Shown: in pieces, positions 37,601-50,800 of the stretch
Layout: each line of letters starts with the position of its first letter
How positions within the stretch are numbered: position 1 is the first letter of the stretch
Notes under the pieces: model-generated
What the model was told of the DNA's origin: nothing
The model's database searches: none
The model's input: the letters and a program-made list of their open reading frames with translations, nothing else
Assembly (NCBI GenBank): GCA_013239625.1
Contig: MU053304.1
Location: 2,542,001-2,606,000, forward strand
Direction: 5' to 3'
DNA: 64,000 nucleotides
Source: Lama guanicoe
Taxonomy: Eukaryota
Made by a program: the position numbers and the translations under genes

Positions 37601-40600
37601 CTTATTGTACGAATGACCTCATAATTCAGCAGTATTATACCAATTACTTTTTTAAATCTCCAATTGAAAAATTATGAACTTAAACTTTAGTAATGGTTCA
37701 CATTTGATGAATGTAGGTGGGACCAGTTTTTAGTCTTCTCTTGTATACATCTGAGACGTTTTGTTCTAAAACCTGTTTGCATTCCATATTAAAAGTCATT
37801 TCTTTTCATTTCCACTAACATTACAGATTTAAAAAGTTTACAGAAGAGTTGGAAATTGCCTCTTATATTTTAAAAAATCAATAAAATTCATGAATATCAA
37901 ATAAAGTCATAGCCCAAAGGGTATCTAATGAATACAGGTTAGGGCATTCTGTTTTGGAACCTGAAAAGTAGGTTCTAACCACTGAAATAAATTAGTATTA
38001 AACTATGATTTGGCAATGACCTCAAACAGCGCAGCTCTAAGGGAAGCCATGAATACATCTTAGAATACATGAACCTAAGACTACAAAGATCCTATTTAAT
38101 ATCTTGATGATTGTGTTTTACTCCAACTCAGAGGACCTATTTCAAGTTCCTCATGTGTTCATACGCCACCCTTCAGCTATCAAGTCTCCTCTTGGTAAAG
38201 GATCTGTAATAAATTCTCATTTCCTACATAAGATGCACATTTCTGTTTAGAGGCACATCTGGTAGTGGTTAATTGCTCTGGATTTGAAAAAGATTTCAAA
38301 ACCTGGAGCTTCCACTTACTAGCTGCATCACATATGTCTTCAGATGGTTTAGAGGACTCCCGAACTTCTCAAAGTCTCAATGATAGCAAAGGATGTAGTA
38401 AAACAATATGAGACCTTAAATTCCAGGCATGTTTGTTTCATCACATTTATTTAATTATACCAACCTCTCTTTCTGTCCCCCCAAAGGTGCAAGCAGGTAT
38501 TTAGTGAGTGGTAAGGGAAGTGATGAGTTCACTGTGTATGATGCTTTGTCTTGCATTAGTGTCCAGCATCTGCCAGGAAATGCGTTCCACGATCAGATGA
38601 CATGTAGGCAGAAGGCTCAACGCGAACAACATTTCTGTTTTAATTTTAATCATTTCCAATACATTTTCCACTATTACAGAGAATGCAAATCCAAATTCAA
38701 AATAAATGTCTGTCCCAGTTAAAGCCCCTTAATACCATTATTCTGAGGTCATAGACAATGGGCCAACATAATCCACTTGCCACTTATGAGCAGGTCTGGA
38801 TCATCTAGGTATGCAGCCCACAGTGTCCTTTTTATTTCCTTCGAGTTTCTTGAGTTTGTCAAATTCAAGGGTAATTTGGAACCAAAGATTCCTTTCTATC
38901 CATTGTGCTCAGAGATAATAACATAATAAATATGATACATAAACACTAATGCCATTAGGTTTCTTTGGGTGCTGCCTATATCTGTCCATAAAATTGGTCA
39001 ATTTCTTGATAGAATATCCTATAGTTCCAGTGGTCGGCTGCCTTGGAATTTCCAAATTTACAGCTGCTTAGCAATGAGGGATTAAGGAAGAGCCACAACT
39101 ATGGGCCCCTGGCACTTTTCAATCTTTCATTGGGGCCACTTCCCCACTCCTAACCCTGGCAACAACCAGTTGCCACTTGATTCTGCACTTTGGATTTCTC
39201 TGGAACTGATTCTCTATGTTTAAATCAGTGCTGGTTTGTCCTCTGTTTATATCTTGTTCCTTATCTATTTAGCCACCTACCCCCCATCCCAGGCATATTT
39301 CTTCTAAATTCCATTGAGAAGTCTTTCTAATTAATTATTTCAACTCCTGATGACCTCAAAGTTGGACTGGCTCAGCAGCCAGCTTTGCACCAAAGGTTTG
39401 TATCCTTCTTCCCTCATCACCATTCCTTCAGAACAAAGCTCCTGTCATTTCATGTGACTCTGGGGTTGTTTCAGTCATCCTGCTCACTATGTCAACTGTA
39501 CCAATTATGCTTTTTTAGATTATTGAAAAAACTCTCAAAACACTACAAAGAATCGTCACAGCAGGCTTTGGGAAAGGCAAAAGATCTGATACTGGAGGGA
39601 GAAGTCCCACTCAATCCCCTGAGAAGTCTAAGGCATCCAGACATAGTTTCCAAATTTCTTTCTTAGTTACGTGAGATACACTCTATCGCTGGATGGTAAA
39701 TGGCCAAGACACACACACAACATGTCTTCATCTCAGGAAAGTTATAGTTTCCTCCAGAAAGGTCTCTGTTGTTTCTCTCTCTCTGCTCCCATAGCCAAAA
39801 GCAGGCTACATGGTCAGGTTTAGTAACAGAAATCATGACAACATAACAGAAACCAGACACAAACCATTAATTTTCTATACACAAGGCTGATCAGTTGGTA
39901 CAGGATGCTCTGTATGCTTCAGAATCCTAGCATGGAAATGCATTAATCACTAGATAGTATGTTTCATTTCAGTATGGCCAAGGGTTAGTTAGCACTGTGG
40001 TTCCAGGTGTCCCCCAGAGATAACCATAGGTTGAAATAGACTAGCTAAGATGAACTGTGTAATTATACATTAGCTTTATAACCTATGGCGAATTGCCCCG
40101 GTTCATTGTGACTTAATTTCTTTATATTCAAAATAATAAAAATGATAACTAAAATAATATGATCACATCATGCTTAAATGCAATAAAGCATGTAATTTGC
40201 TGTGTTCAGTGTCAGGCAAATAGTAAACAAATTTTAAAAATGAAGTGGCACTCCAATATATAGTGTGAATTTGCCATGATCGAAGCTCTGTCTTCGGCTG
40301 GTGATGTCACACTGTCACCTTAATTTGACAGTGACTCATCAGAACTCCTACTGGAAATCAATCTGTGAGTGAAGTCAGGAAGGAGATACACAAGAAGTCC
40401 AGAATAATGAGATTTACCTACCTTTCATCTCCAGCCTATTGCTTTCCCTTCCCTTGTTTCTCCAAATTTTGATTTTATTATTTCGATGAATTTAAGTCCC
40501 TATGGACACAGAGATCTGCTTCTCATACAGCTGAGATACTGAGGAGAGAAAAGATGTGCAGGTGTATGGGTAGCTCTGTTGTAAACAAGAGATTCAAATA

Positions 40601-40838
40601 AAAATAATATAGACTTTCTTTTATTAGGAAATAAGGGAGACTCTCCAGGGCCTGTCTTCCCAAGGTAATCCAATTTGAATTTCATACAAGGTACATGGGC
40701 CATAATTTCTCATGCCCACCCCATTCATTTGCTCATTAATCATAACTCACTTTGAATTATACACATAGCCAAATAGCATTTGACATAAGACAATACGTAT
40801 CTGATCTGATTATTCTTCTCTTATTTCTCCCATCTTTC

Positions 40839-41049
40839 TTTTTTTTAAACTTTTTTATTGAGTTATAGTCATTTTATGATGTTGTGTCAAATTCCAGTGT
40901 AGAGCACAATTTTTCAGTTATACATGAGCATACATATATTCATTGTCACATTTTTATTTCTCTGTGAGCTACCACAAGATCTTATATATATTCCCCTGTG
41001 CTGTACAGTACAGTCTTGTTTATCTGTTCTGCATATGCCTGTCAGTATC
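40839..41049 (-). mobile_element. Young camelid-type L1 3' end with perfect 14-bp TSD
   Basis: TSD ttctcccatctttc at 40825-40838 and 41050-41063; sequence closely similar to 43644-43830. Confidence 0.92.
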
Positions 41050-43643
41050 TTCTCCCATCTTTCGAATGGGGTCACAGTCCTTCCTTACCCTGATGTACTT
41101 ACGTTTAGATGGAAATCTTGTGAATGGAAGAGTTCGGTTAATCTTGTGAGATAATGGCCTTTGGATGACATAGGAGCAAATTGGACTGAAGTTCCTTCCA
41201 CACCAAGACTGGTGTGTGCTGAATACAGCAAACCAAACACACATAAGTGATATGATAAAGTAAAGACTGTCTTGGATTTAAACATTTAGAGCAACTATTT
41301 TTTAAAAAGTTATTGCAGTAAACCCCTTTTCTCAAATGAAACTTTACACGGAATTCCAACAGGTAAACCAACCACGTAGAGATGAAGCGCTCTAGTCGGT
41401 GTAGGGATAGGAGGCCTCGAGAATTAAGTGCTCAAAGTCCACCCCCACTCAGGGATTTAGGTCAGAAAACCTCAAAACATAATAATGACAATAATGCTGT
41501 ATAATCTTATGTCCTTCCCTGAATCTTGGAGCTGGAAGGAAGCTTCGCAGCTATGGTCCGGAGGTCACAAGCTCACACACCTTTTGGGTCTTGTGTGTAA
41601 TATGATCACATCCCACTTTGAAGGGGCAGGATGTGGTCCTCACTGGTGAGCACATCCCTTGACTGAAACCATCCCAACTCACTTTTGTTGACATACAAAC
41701 AGAACGTCAGTGACTCCAACTTCGTGGCCAGTTTAAACCCTTAACTGAGTTCAGTCTCTTCACTGAGTAGACAAGGAGCTATAAATCTAGAGTGATTAAG
41801 TGATATGTTTAAAATTTCCCTTACCCCAAACCACTTCTAACTCTTTCTTCTGATTAAAGAAGGAAATCTCAAACTATCTGTGGAGAAAAGCCACTTAAAT
41901 TTTTTTTCTATTTTAAATCTTTTAGAGACTCAGAATTTGCAACATGAAAAAGAAAGGAATAACCTGAAAAATAAAATGACCTAAGCCCCAATTTTTTAAA
42001 ATTATTAAAATCGATGTGCATAAAATCACTCTGTCAAATTGCTTTTGAAATTCCTAAATATTTACTCTTAATTGCTGTCCATATCTCCTGAGTGTATGAG
42101 GACAGTGTGGGGACTGGGACTGGTCCATGGGCCAGTCTTTTAAGTAGCACTGACATAGAGCACCTGTGTTTGAACCATGGGGTTAACTTAGAATCCTGTG
42201 CGGGCGTTTGCTGGTGCTTATTTAGGAGAGCACGATCAACCACGTCCTTCAAACTGGGATCATCCACTTTCATTTGTACCTAGTGGTCTCAATGGTGATG
42301 CCTTAGGAAGGTATTTTGTAAGAACATCAGGCATAGGCTTCCATTTTTAAATCATTATAAACAGACAACAGGTACAAGGTGGGCTGTGATACATGCTGTC
42401 CCTTAGAGGTAATTACAGAAATCAGGATGCAGAAATATTTAACTTGCGATTCGCTCCTGTGTTCTCTTTTCTTCTTCTAGAGAGAACTTCTGTTGGGCCA
42501 AAGGTTCTTGCTTAATTAGTTGGTATAGAGACAGAACAGAATAACTCAGAGTTTCATAAACACAACAGAGCAACACAACAGCAGTCGGTTTCGTAACTGC
42601 AAAATTGTATTAGTCCTTGTTCTTACCTTCAGAGTTAATTTGAGAAACTTATTTTGGTTATGAAATTATTAACGTGAAGCAAAACATAACCACCCCCCCG
42701 AAATTCTTAGAAAGATTCTCTTGACTTAAAATTAGTTGGTTTAAATTTAAATTTTTGTATCTTACTGTAATGTTGATTCTTGGAGGGGCTTGGATTTTTT
42801 TTTAAGTAATAAATATTGGAAAAAAGAAAAGAGATTTAAATATTTGGCAGTGGCTTCATTTCTTCTATTTGAATAAAAGCATATTAATTTGGCTTTTTCT
42901 GAAAGGATGCTATGGTGAAATGAAATTTCTAATGCTAGAAGGAACATGAACTTTCTGTTTTACAGAACCTCCTGTTTCTTCTCTGGCACCTACACCTACA
43001 AATGTCCCTCCTTCCAAATAAATCATTTTCTTCTTCTCGCTAAGAAGCCTGGCCTTTCAAAAACACTGATTATTCAGAAGATCAGATTGACACTCAAATA
43101 GCAAAAAGTACATCCTTAGCATGTTAATTCAGCGTCTTCCCAAGGTGAACCAATCAACTTGATCCTGGGTCCGGGCCGTGAATTGTAAATGACAGAGTCT
43201 GACCATTCACAAAAGAGCTTAGCAGTCATCGATCTCAGCCTACATGTACAATATTACCAACAGTCTGCTTTTCAGACTGTACCAAGATGTCCCCAGGGAC
43301 CACAGATTCCTTCATCCTAAAACAATACTTTGCTGTAGCTTTTAAAGATTCCATAAATCCTTTGTTCCTTCAGGGAATTAGATATGAAGACATTATATTG
43401 AAATAATAGCTTACACTTACATAGGTTGAATATTTGCTGGGCACTAGTATAAGTCCTTTATATACATTAACTTTTTTTCAAGAGCAAAACTTAGTAAGGC
43501 ATAAGCGAAAACAAAATTAAGTAAAACTCAACCTCTAACTTCTCTCTGTTTTCACTGTCTCCTTAAGTCCTCTAAGTGGGCAATTTGTGACCGTTCCCCA
43601 GAAGTCATGTTGGATAATTCTTATACATTTTTTTGTATAACTC

Positions 43644-44601
43644 TTTTTTTTAAACATTTTTTATTGATTTATAATCACTTTAGAATGTTGTGTCAAAGTC
43701 CAGTGTTCAGCACAAGTTTTCAGTCATTCATGGACATATACACACTCATTGTCACATTTTTTTCTCTGTGAGTTATCATAACATTTGTGTATATTTCCCT
43801 GTGCTATACAGTGTAATCTTGTTTATCTATTCTACAATTTTGAAATCCCAGTCTATCCCTTCCCGCCCTCCACCCCCCTGGCAACCACAAGTCTGTATTC
43901 TCTGTCTATGAGTCTATTTCTGTCCTGTATTTATGCTTTGTTTTTGTTTGTTTGTTTGTTTGTTTTTGTTTTTGTTTTTTAGATTCCACATATGAGCGAT
44001 CTCATATGGTATTTTTCTTTCTCTTTCTGGCTTACTTCACTTAGAATGACATTCTCCAGGAGCATCCATGTTGCTGCAAATGGCATTATGTTGTCGGTTT
44101 TTATGGCTGAGTAGTATTCCATTGTATAAATATACCACCTCTTCTTTATCCAGTCACCTGTTGATGGACATTTAGGCTGTTTCCATGTTTTGGCTATTGT
44201 AAATAGTGCTGCTATGAACATTGGGGTGCAGGTGTCATCCTGAAGTAGGGTTCCTTCTGGATATGTGCCCAGGAGTGGGATTCCTGGGTCATATGGTAAG
44301 TCTATTCCTAGTCTTTTGAGGAATCTCCACACTGTTTTCCATAGTGGCTGCACCAAACTGCATTCCCACCAGCAGTGTAGGAGGGTTCCCCTTTCTCCAC
44401 AGCCTCTCCAGCATTTGTCATTTGTGGATTTTTGAATGACAGCCATTCTGACTGGTGTGAGGTGATACCTCATTGTAGTTTTGATTTGCATTTCTCTGAT
44501 AATTAGTGATATTGAGCATTTTTTCATGTGCCTTTTGATCATTTGTATGTCTTCCTTGGAGAATTGCTTCAAGGAAGACATACAAATGATCAAATGGCAC
44601 A
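43644..44601 (-). mobile_element. Young 5'-truncated L1 with an uninterrupted ORF2 C-terminus, a 5' fold-back inversion and an 11-bp TSD
   Basis: ORF ...[16 protein letters not shown]...[19 protein letters not shown]...[10 protein letters not shown]...ICGI*; TSD ttgtataactc at 43633-43643 and 44602-44612. Confidence 0.97.
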
Positions 44602-44696
44602 TTGTATAACTCAAAGAATGTGAAACCCTCCAGCAACTCTTAGCCCCTGGAATAATCTCAATTTAGTAATTAAAACGCCCATCCCTATTTAATAAT

Positions 44697-45063
44697 TGTC
44701 TTAGTACATCTGAGCTGCTATAAAAAAACTACCATAGACTGGGAGGTTTATAAGAACTGAACATGTATTTCTCACAGTTCTGGAAGATAGCAAGTCCAAG
44801 ATCAAGGTGTCAGCAGGTTCATTGTCCAGCGAGGGTCTGCTTTCTGATTCACAGATGGCTGTGGCCTCACTGTGTTCCGATGTGGCAGAGGGGCAAGGGA
44901 GCTCACTGCAGTCTTTTTAATAAGAGGTCTAATCCCATTCATGAAGGCTCTACCTTAATGACCTAATCAGCTCCCAAAGGCCCCCCCTTCTCCTATTACT
45001 GCATTAGGGGTTAGATTTCAACATATACATTTCTGGGGGGACACAAGTATTCAATCTATACCT
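44697..45063 (-). mobile_element. MaLR solo LTR (MLT1A-like)
   Basis: tgtcttagt...taccatagactggg...aagtccaagatcaaggtg...aatcccattcatgaaggc; approximate TSD ataat/gtaat. Confidence 0.9.
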
Positions 45064-45729
45064 GTAATTAAAACACCAAATTTCATTTGGAGGTAACCCT
45101 CCCCTCTGTCTGCTTTAGTCTTGGTACAAATGAGACAGCCAGCCTCTCCTCTCTTTTCCCACCTAATATTCCCCACTTCTTTCTCCTCCTTCTCATCTCC
45201 ACTCCAGCTTCTTAGGCACATGTCTGAGACTTTACTTCCAGCCTGCAGTAGAGCAAGCTTGGCACTGAAGAAGGGAAGTTACAGGATAGTGTGTTTCTCA
45301 CCAGTGAGGCACAAGTGCGAGCAACAGGCAGTGCTCCTGAGCAGGAAGAACTTCTGGTCAGTCTCCTTTAAGCTGATTTTCCGGCCGTTTCTCCATCATG
45401 TACATTTCTAGTGGTGAGAACCGTGAATCTCTGTCCTCCATTTCTGCCTTGACAGCGTGGGAAGTAGCTTCCTGTTCTTTAGATTTCTTAGGAATGAGTG
45501 TTCGGCAGTGTCTTTATAAGATCTTCCAAAGTCCAGTAGTGGATATCAAACACACTGAATGGTTTCTTTGAAGTCCCTCTCATTCTTCCCAGTGCACCCT
45601 TGGCTTCCCAAGAAATGCATGATGGCCTGGCACTGTACCTGGCACTGTTATTTATTTGCAAGGACCCATTTGACCTACCTGTGACCTAAGCCAATGTAAA
45701 ATTACAAATTAAAGCCCGAAGTTCATAGT

Positions 45730-45945
45730 CAGAGACCTGGATCTGAGTATCTGCTCCATTACTTGCGAGCTATGTGATCTTTGGCAAGTTATGGAACCTC
45801 TCTAAGTCACCTTTTTTCCCCCAATGATAAAATCAAATAATCACAGGATGTATTTCATAGCATTGATGAAAAGGATAAATTATATAATTCATGTAAAGCA
45901 GGTAGCACAGGACCTGGCAATAGCACTGAATCAATTCTAGCTGTC
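45730..45945 (+). mobile_element. MIR
   Basis: agacctggatctgag...gctatgtgatctttggcaagtta...catgtaaagca...agcacaggacctggca. Confidence 0.75.
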
Positions 45946-47429
45946 AATCAAGCTAATTATTACTATCAGGCGCCCAGCCTCAGGCATGCAGGCTGCAATC
46001 CTGAGTGCTTAGCATCATGTTAAGGCAGTTATTCAGCTTTCAATCAGCTGGCGGTGTCAGGCGTTTGGCACAGTTGCTACAGTGAAATGCTGAGAATAAA
46101 TGTGGAGATATGAATCTGGATACCAGATGTCCTGTTACACCTCTTTCCCCAAATAGTCACATTTTTATAATTTTTCTCCTCATCTGAAGAGGACATACAG
46201 AATGAGTTTCTTTCCTTAAGTCTTGCTTCCAAAACTAGTCAAAGAGAGGCTAAAATAATTGTTTTTTTTTCAAAGTGTAAAAAAAAAAAACATGTAGGTC
46301 TTCCCTATGCTTCCCTTTTTGTTTCTAAGTCTGAACTTGTAGCAGCCCAATTAAAGGTCTGGGTTCCCTGATAATACTCAGAGTGATTGCGTATTCTCCG
46401 CAATCTATGGTAATTTTTGCTTTTTTTTCTCAAAAGTCTACACAAGTCTACAAGGAGTATGCTGCTTCATGACAAATTCTTTTGAGGTATTACTAGATGT
46501 TATTCAATGTAGACTGTCAAGTCAAAGTCTTGCCGCTTTATCTAGGTAAGGCCTGAGACTTGCTTTTGTATCAAACCTATTGTCTGTTTCCTTCTGTGAT
46601 TTTTGAGCTTTGGGTGCTGTGACCCAGTGCAGATGCTGAAGACTGTATTTGGTACCAGCATTGATTTATTGTTCTGAGCCTCAAAAAGTGAGAGCCTGCC
46701 TTGTGATCTAAACAGTGAAGACTGACAAATAAACTAATCTGATGGGGCTAAATCCTTCATAGGAAAGTATTTTTACTTTGTTCTTCAACCACCTCAACTC
46801 AATTTTCAGAAACTCTATGTTGAGACATTGATGGCTTAAGTCCCAGCAAAGACAATGGACTGATGATTTTGCTCTAAATCTAGCTCTATACTTGCTGGAT
46901 CAAAGTCTCCAAATGGTATGGTTAAATGTAAGTTTATCTCCAGCTTTTACACAATGAAAATATCCTGTGTCATTTCTTGTGGTCAGTGTTACAAGAGAAT
47001 TGGATCTCCGTAGGCTTCCTGTAGGACAGAGATAGAAAGGAAATAAAGAATAAGTTCCTGACACTGATCTCTAAACTAGACTCATAACTATTCATTATTA
47101 GATGCATGCCTCTTATGACTTCCTAATTACACTTACATTGATTTGAATATTGAATAAAATAAATAATTTTCAATTGGAAATATCAAAGTGGAGTGTTAAA
47201 TTATTTTGAGGAACAACAATATAAGTTTAAAAATAATTTTCCTAGGGTAACATTTTTTTCAAAATAAAATATAACATAATCTCTATGAATATCTCGTTTT
47301 GCAAATGTCTAGGAGTTTATTAAAGCATATGTTTTAAATAATTTTAGCATATGTAATAAGTATATACATTTAAAATAGATGGTACAGGTGAAGATTCATC
47401 CAGAGATGGAACGCCATGATGGATAAAAA

Positions 47430-47600
47430 CATTTGTTCTAGAGTCATGGTGCTTCTGGTTGAACCCTAACCCTCCCATCTTCAAACTGTTGGACATTGGG
47501 AAATTTAACTCAACTTCTCTTTGCTTCTGTTTCACAACAGAATATGGATATTATATTAGTATTTAACCTCAGGCAGTTATTGTGAAAACTAAATGCTGAG
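47430..47600 (+). mobile_element. MIR fragment
   Basis: ggttgaaccct...gggaaatttaact...tctgtttcac...ttgtgaaaactaaatg. Confidence 0.55.
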
Positions 47601-49581
47601 TCTTAGCTATGGTTGTTCCCATTATCAGCAGTAGAATTGGAAACAGCAGTAGAATGGTAGTGGTAATAGTGTTAGGAGTAATAGAATTAGAAGCAGCAGC
47701 ATTCATGGTTATAGAGTCTAGCTATTTTTAGTCTACAAAATACAAACATTCATTTCCTGTAAGGTAGAATTCCCATTAGAAGATAAATTTGGTACCTATT
47801 AAATTATAGTTTACTCATGTCTTAACCAATTTTGATTTAGCAATAGCCTAGTATCTGACAAATAGTATATTTCCCCAAACAACCCATTGAAGAAGTTTAG
47901 TTAATGGAGAAACACGGGAGCAAATGATATAATTTGGACATGGAATTTTCACAGTCTTTGTTCTGCCATGTAATGCCACCTCCATGTCTTCCTAAGTAAA
48001 GTGAAATGGAAAGCTAGACAGTGATCTTGACAATCACAACTCTTTAACATATTGATATCAATTGACTCAACTGAAAGTGACAAGAGTTTCTGAATCCATG
48101 TTGTGCAAGTCCCCAAATATCCTCTCAAAATCCAAGCACATACCTGGTTGTTTGAGCTGTTAATACCTGCATGATTCACTGAGCTCTTATATGATTCACC
48201 CCAAAGCCAGTTTGCTAGAGAGACTGCAGAATGGACAAGAGAGAATTAGTCCAGCAGGATCAGGCAGCATGAAAAATTAGAGAAAATTCTGCTCACTCCT
48301 TTATAGAAATATCAGTCTAGCTACAAGGAACATCTAGCATAATCTAGACATGTAGAATCTTGCTTTTCTTCTTCTCAGTCAACTTGTCTTGACATCCCAT
48401 TATGAAGACATAAAAGGATGCTTTTCAAACTTTTGTGTCACGGAATTGTCAAAGGTCATAAACCTGCAGGATTTTGTGATCAGTATCCAAAGGAATATTG
48501 ACAAATGAGAGACTACCTGTTCTGTCTCCACTGGTTTCTTTGTCTCTTTCTTCTCACATTTGTGCACGTAAAATATACTGGTGTTTGTGTTTAAAATGTC
48601 ATTTATTTGACACATAAAGTAATATTCACAGTTTCCATGGATTAGGATGTGAGCGTGTCTTTTGAGGGGCCACCATTCTGCCCACTACTGTTAGTCTATT
48701 GATATATAGACAGGTTTCAAATTTACCCCCTTCTCTGTCTTGCCGATGTAATTAAATTTCAGAAAGCAAAGGGTAATTTTCTGCTGACACTCCTAGAAAC
48801 CCCTGTCATTTCAGTGATAAGTATTCTGTTAATGGGGTTGGCACAAATCTTGCCTAATGTCAAGGGACTTCAGTTGTCTCGTGGATGACTGCCCATTACC
48901 CTAAGGACTCAACGTGGCACTGCCTAACTTCTTTCCCCTCTGTCTGGTGCATTCTGCTCTTTTTGATGTAGGAGCCTGGAAGAAATGTGAAGTAGTCTCC
49001 CTCCCCCATCCCAGCAAGTTTGCCAGGTTTTGAGTCCTGAGTTTTAAATACTTTATTTCAGGAGAGTAACAAATCTCATATTGTAGCGCCAAATGTGGAA
49101 GTTGCCAGGCACTGGGACTGTGGCCTCCATCCAGAATGTTGTTTTTTCAAAAAAGGCATTGGCTGTGAGAATTTACAGTGGTTTAATCCAGGAAGGAGAG
49201 AGGTTTGGGGAAATTTCCCGAAAGGTGATGGAATTGGAGGTTTTAAGGTACAAGTGTGAACATGTGTCTGAGTGAACGTGTGTGTATATTTCACTAGCAC
49301 ATGCTGGAGGAGCTTGGATCTGCGCCATGGCTAACATTTCAGGTTTCTAGGTCTTCCCCCAGAAACATTAAATTAGAATTTTGGGGAATAGATTCCAAGA
49401 CTCTGAGTATTTAGCAGTTTTACAAGTTGTCCCAGTAAAATCTGATACACACCACTCTAGGATGAAGAGGGCAAAGCCATGAGCTCGGAGGGTGTTTGCA
49501 TTTGGAAGCCCAAGACGTGAGAAGCAGAATGACTGAGTAATGTGGACACCAGATGTTGTATCACTATGAGCTTTTCACTTT

Positions 49582-50142
49582 TGTACCGTATATTTAGTTT
49601 TTGTTTTCTGAATATTATGATATTTTGACATCTTAAAAAATCCTTTCTGTCTGGGAAGACGATGCGCCCCCTGGGGCTAGAATATCCTTAGAGATAGCAA
49701 AGGGCTCCCTGGAGCATGACTTTGACAGGCAAACTCACCAAACCAGAGCCATACGTTCTCTATGTGGTCCATCCGCTCAGGAGAGAATATTCCTTCATCT
49801 CAATCATCCCAGGGCCAGGTTCCACCCCTCTAGCCCAAAGTCAGCTGAAAATTTTCAAACTAGCTAATCCTAAACTCTCCACTCTGGCCTACGTTGTCTT
49901 TCCCTCAGAAATCCCTCAGGAACAGTAAATGTCGTGGCCCTCACACTCCCCCTGCCACCTGCCTCCTGCCTCCTGCGTCTTGGCCACTCTGGTGCTTCCC
50001 TGCATGGCCCTGCAAGTCTGGAAGGCCATGCCTCTTGATTCTAGGACCTGTGAGTATCATAGGATTTGTTTCTTTCCTGAGCTTCTCCTGTGCTTCCCTT
50101 ATGGCTGAACCTGACTGACCATCACACAAAAGGATACAAACA
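49582..50142 (+). mobile_element. ERVL solo LTR (MER74A-like), apparently full length
   Basis: tgt...tgatattttgacatcttaaaaa...ttagagatagcaaaggg...ctaggacctgtgagtat...cctgactgaccatcac...aaaca; TSD acttt/atttt. Confidence 0.85.
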
Positions 50143-50629
50143 ATTTTCAAGAGAGCAAAACTTTTCTTCTGCTTTCACAAACTTGATTTATATTGGAAAA
50201 CGATCAAATGCAGATAATAGGACAAACACTGAGGGAAGACTTCCGGCTCAGGGAGGCTCATTTCTGGTGTTGTGGGAGTCAGAGTCCATCCGGACCTTTT
50301 CCTTCTGGAGCCTCCTGGGGCAGGTAGGACTACTTTTCCACTGTTCTGCAGATTTAGGCCACTCCACTTTCAGACCCCATTTCATGCTGCCAAAACCCAA
50401 GGAGGGCTACTGGCAGACTTGGCATTAAAATTGATATCATGCCATGAAAAGGGCACCATACACAAATTTGCTTCACTGCTCACCTGGCTGATCTCCAGCT
50501 TCCCTTAGCCTCAGTTTCTTTTTTGTCCCTTAAGCAGAGGTGCACTCATGGACCTGGACTGCAGAGATTCTGGCTAGTAGATGCCCAGATGTCTTTGTAC
50601 ATTCATAAAGCCAATGTACCAAATGCTAA

Positions 50630-50800
50630 GCCACTTGGCTACTTACAGGCGGGTACCCTCAGGCAGGTTATTCAGCTCCCCACTAAGCTTCATATCTAAA
50701 AGAGAGATTACATGATGTCATTGTGAAGGGGGAAAGAACTAGCACGTATAAATTGTTTATTATAAAGACTGGCTCAGGTAAGTGTTCAATAATTGTCACC
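50630..50800 (+). mobile_element. MIR fragment
   Basis: gccacttggct...caggcaggttattc...actggctcaggtaagtgttcaataattgtcacc. Confidence 0.5.

Noticed and set aside
43979..44614. 211-aa ORF as a host gene
   Set aside because: It is the C-terminus of L1 ORF2. Its apparent N-terminus ([16 protein letters not shown]) is read from the TSD and the fold-back arm.
49663..49677. CTCF-like gcgccccctgggg in the MER74-like LTR
   Set aside because: It has two mismatches in the conserved CCAC half and is isolated, so it is too weak to call.
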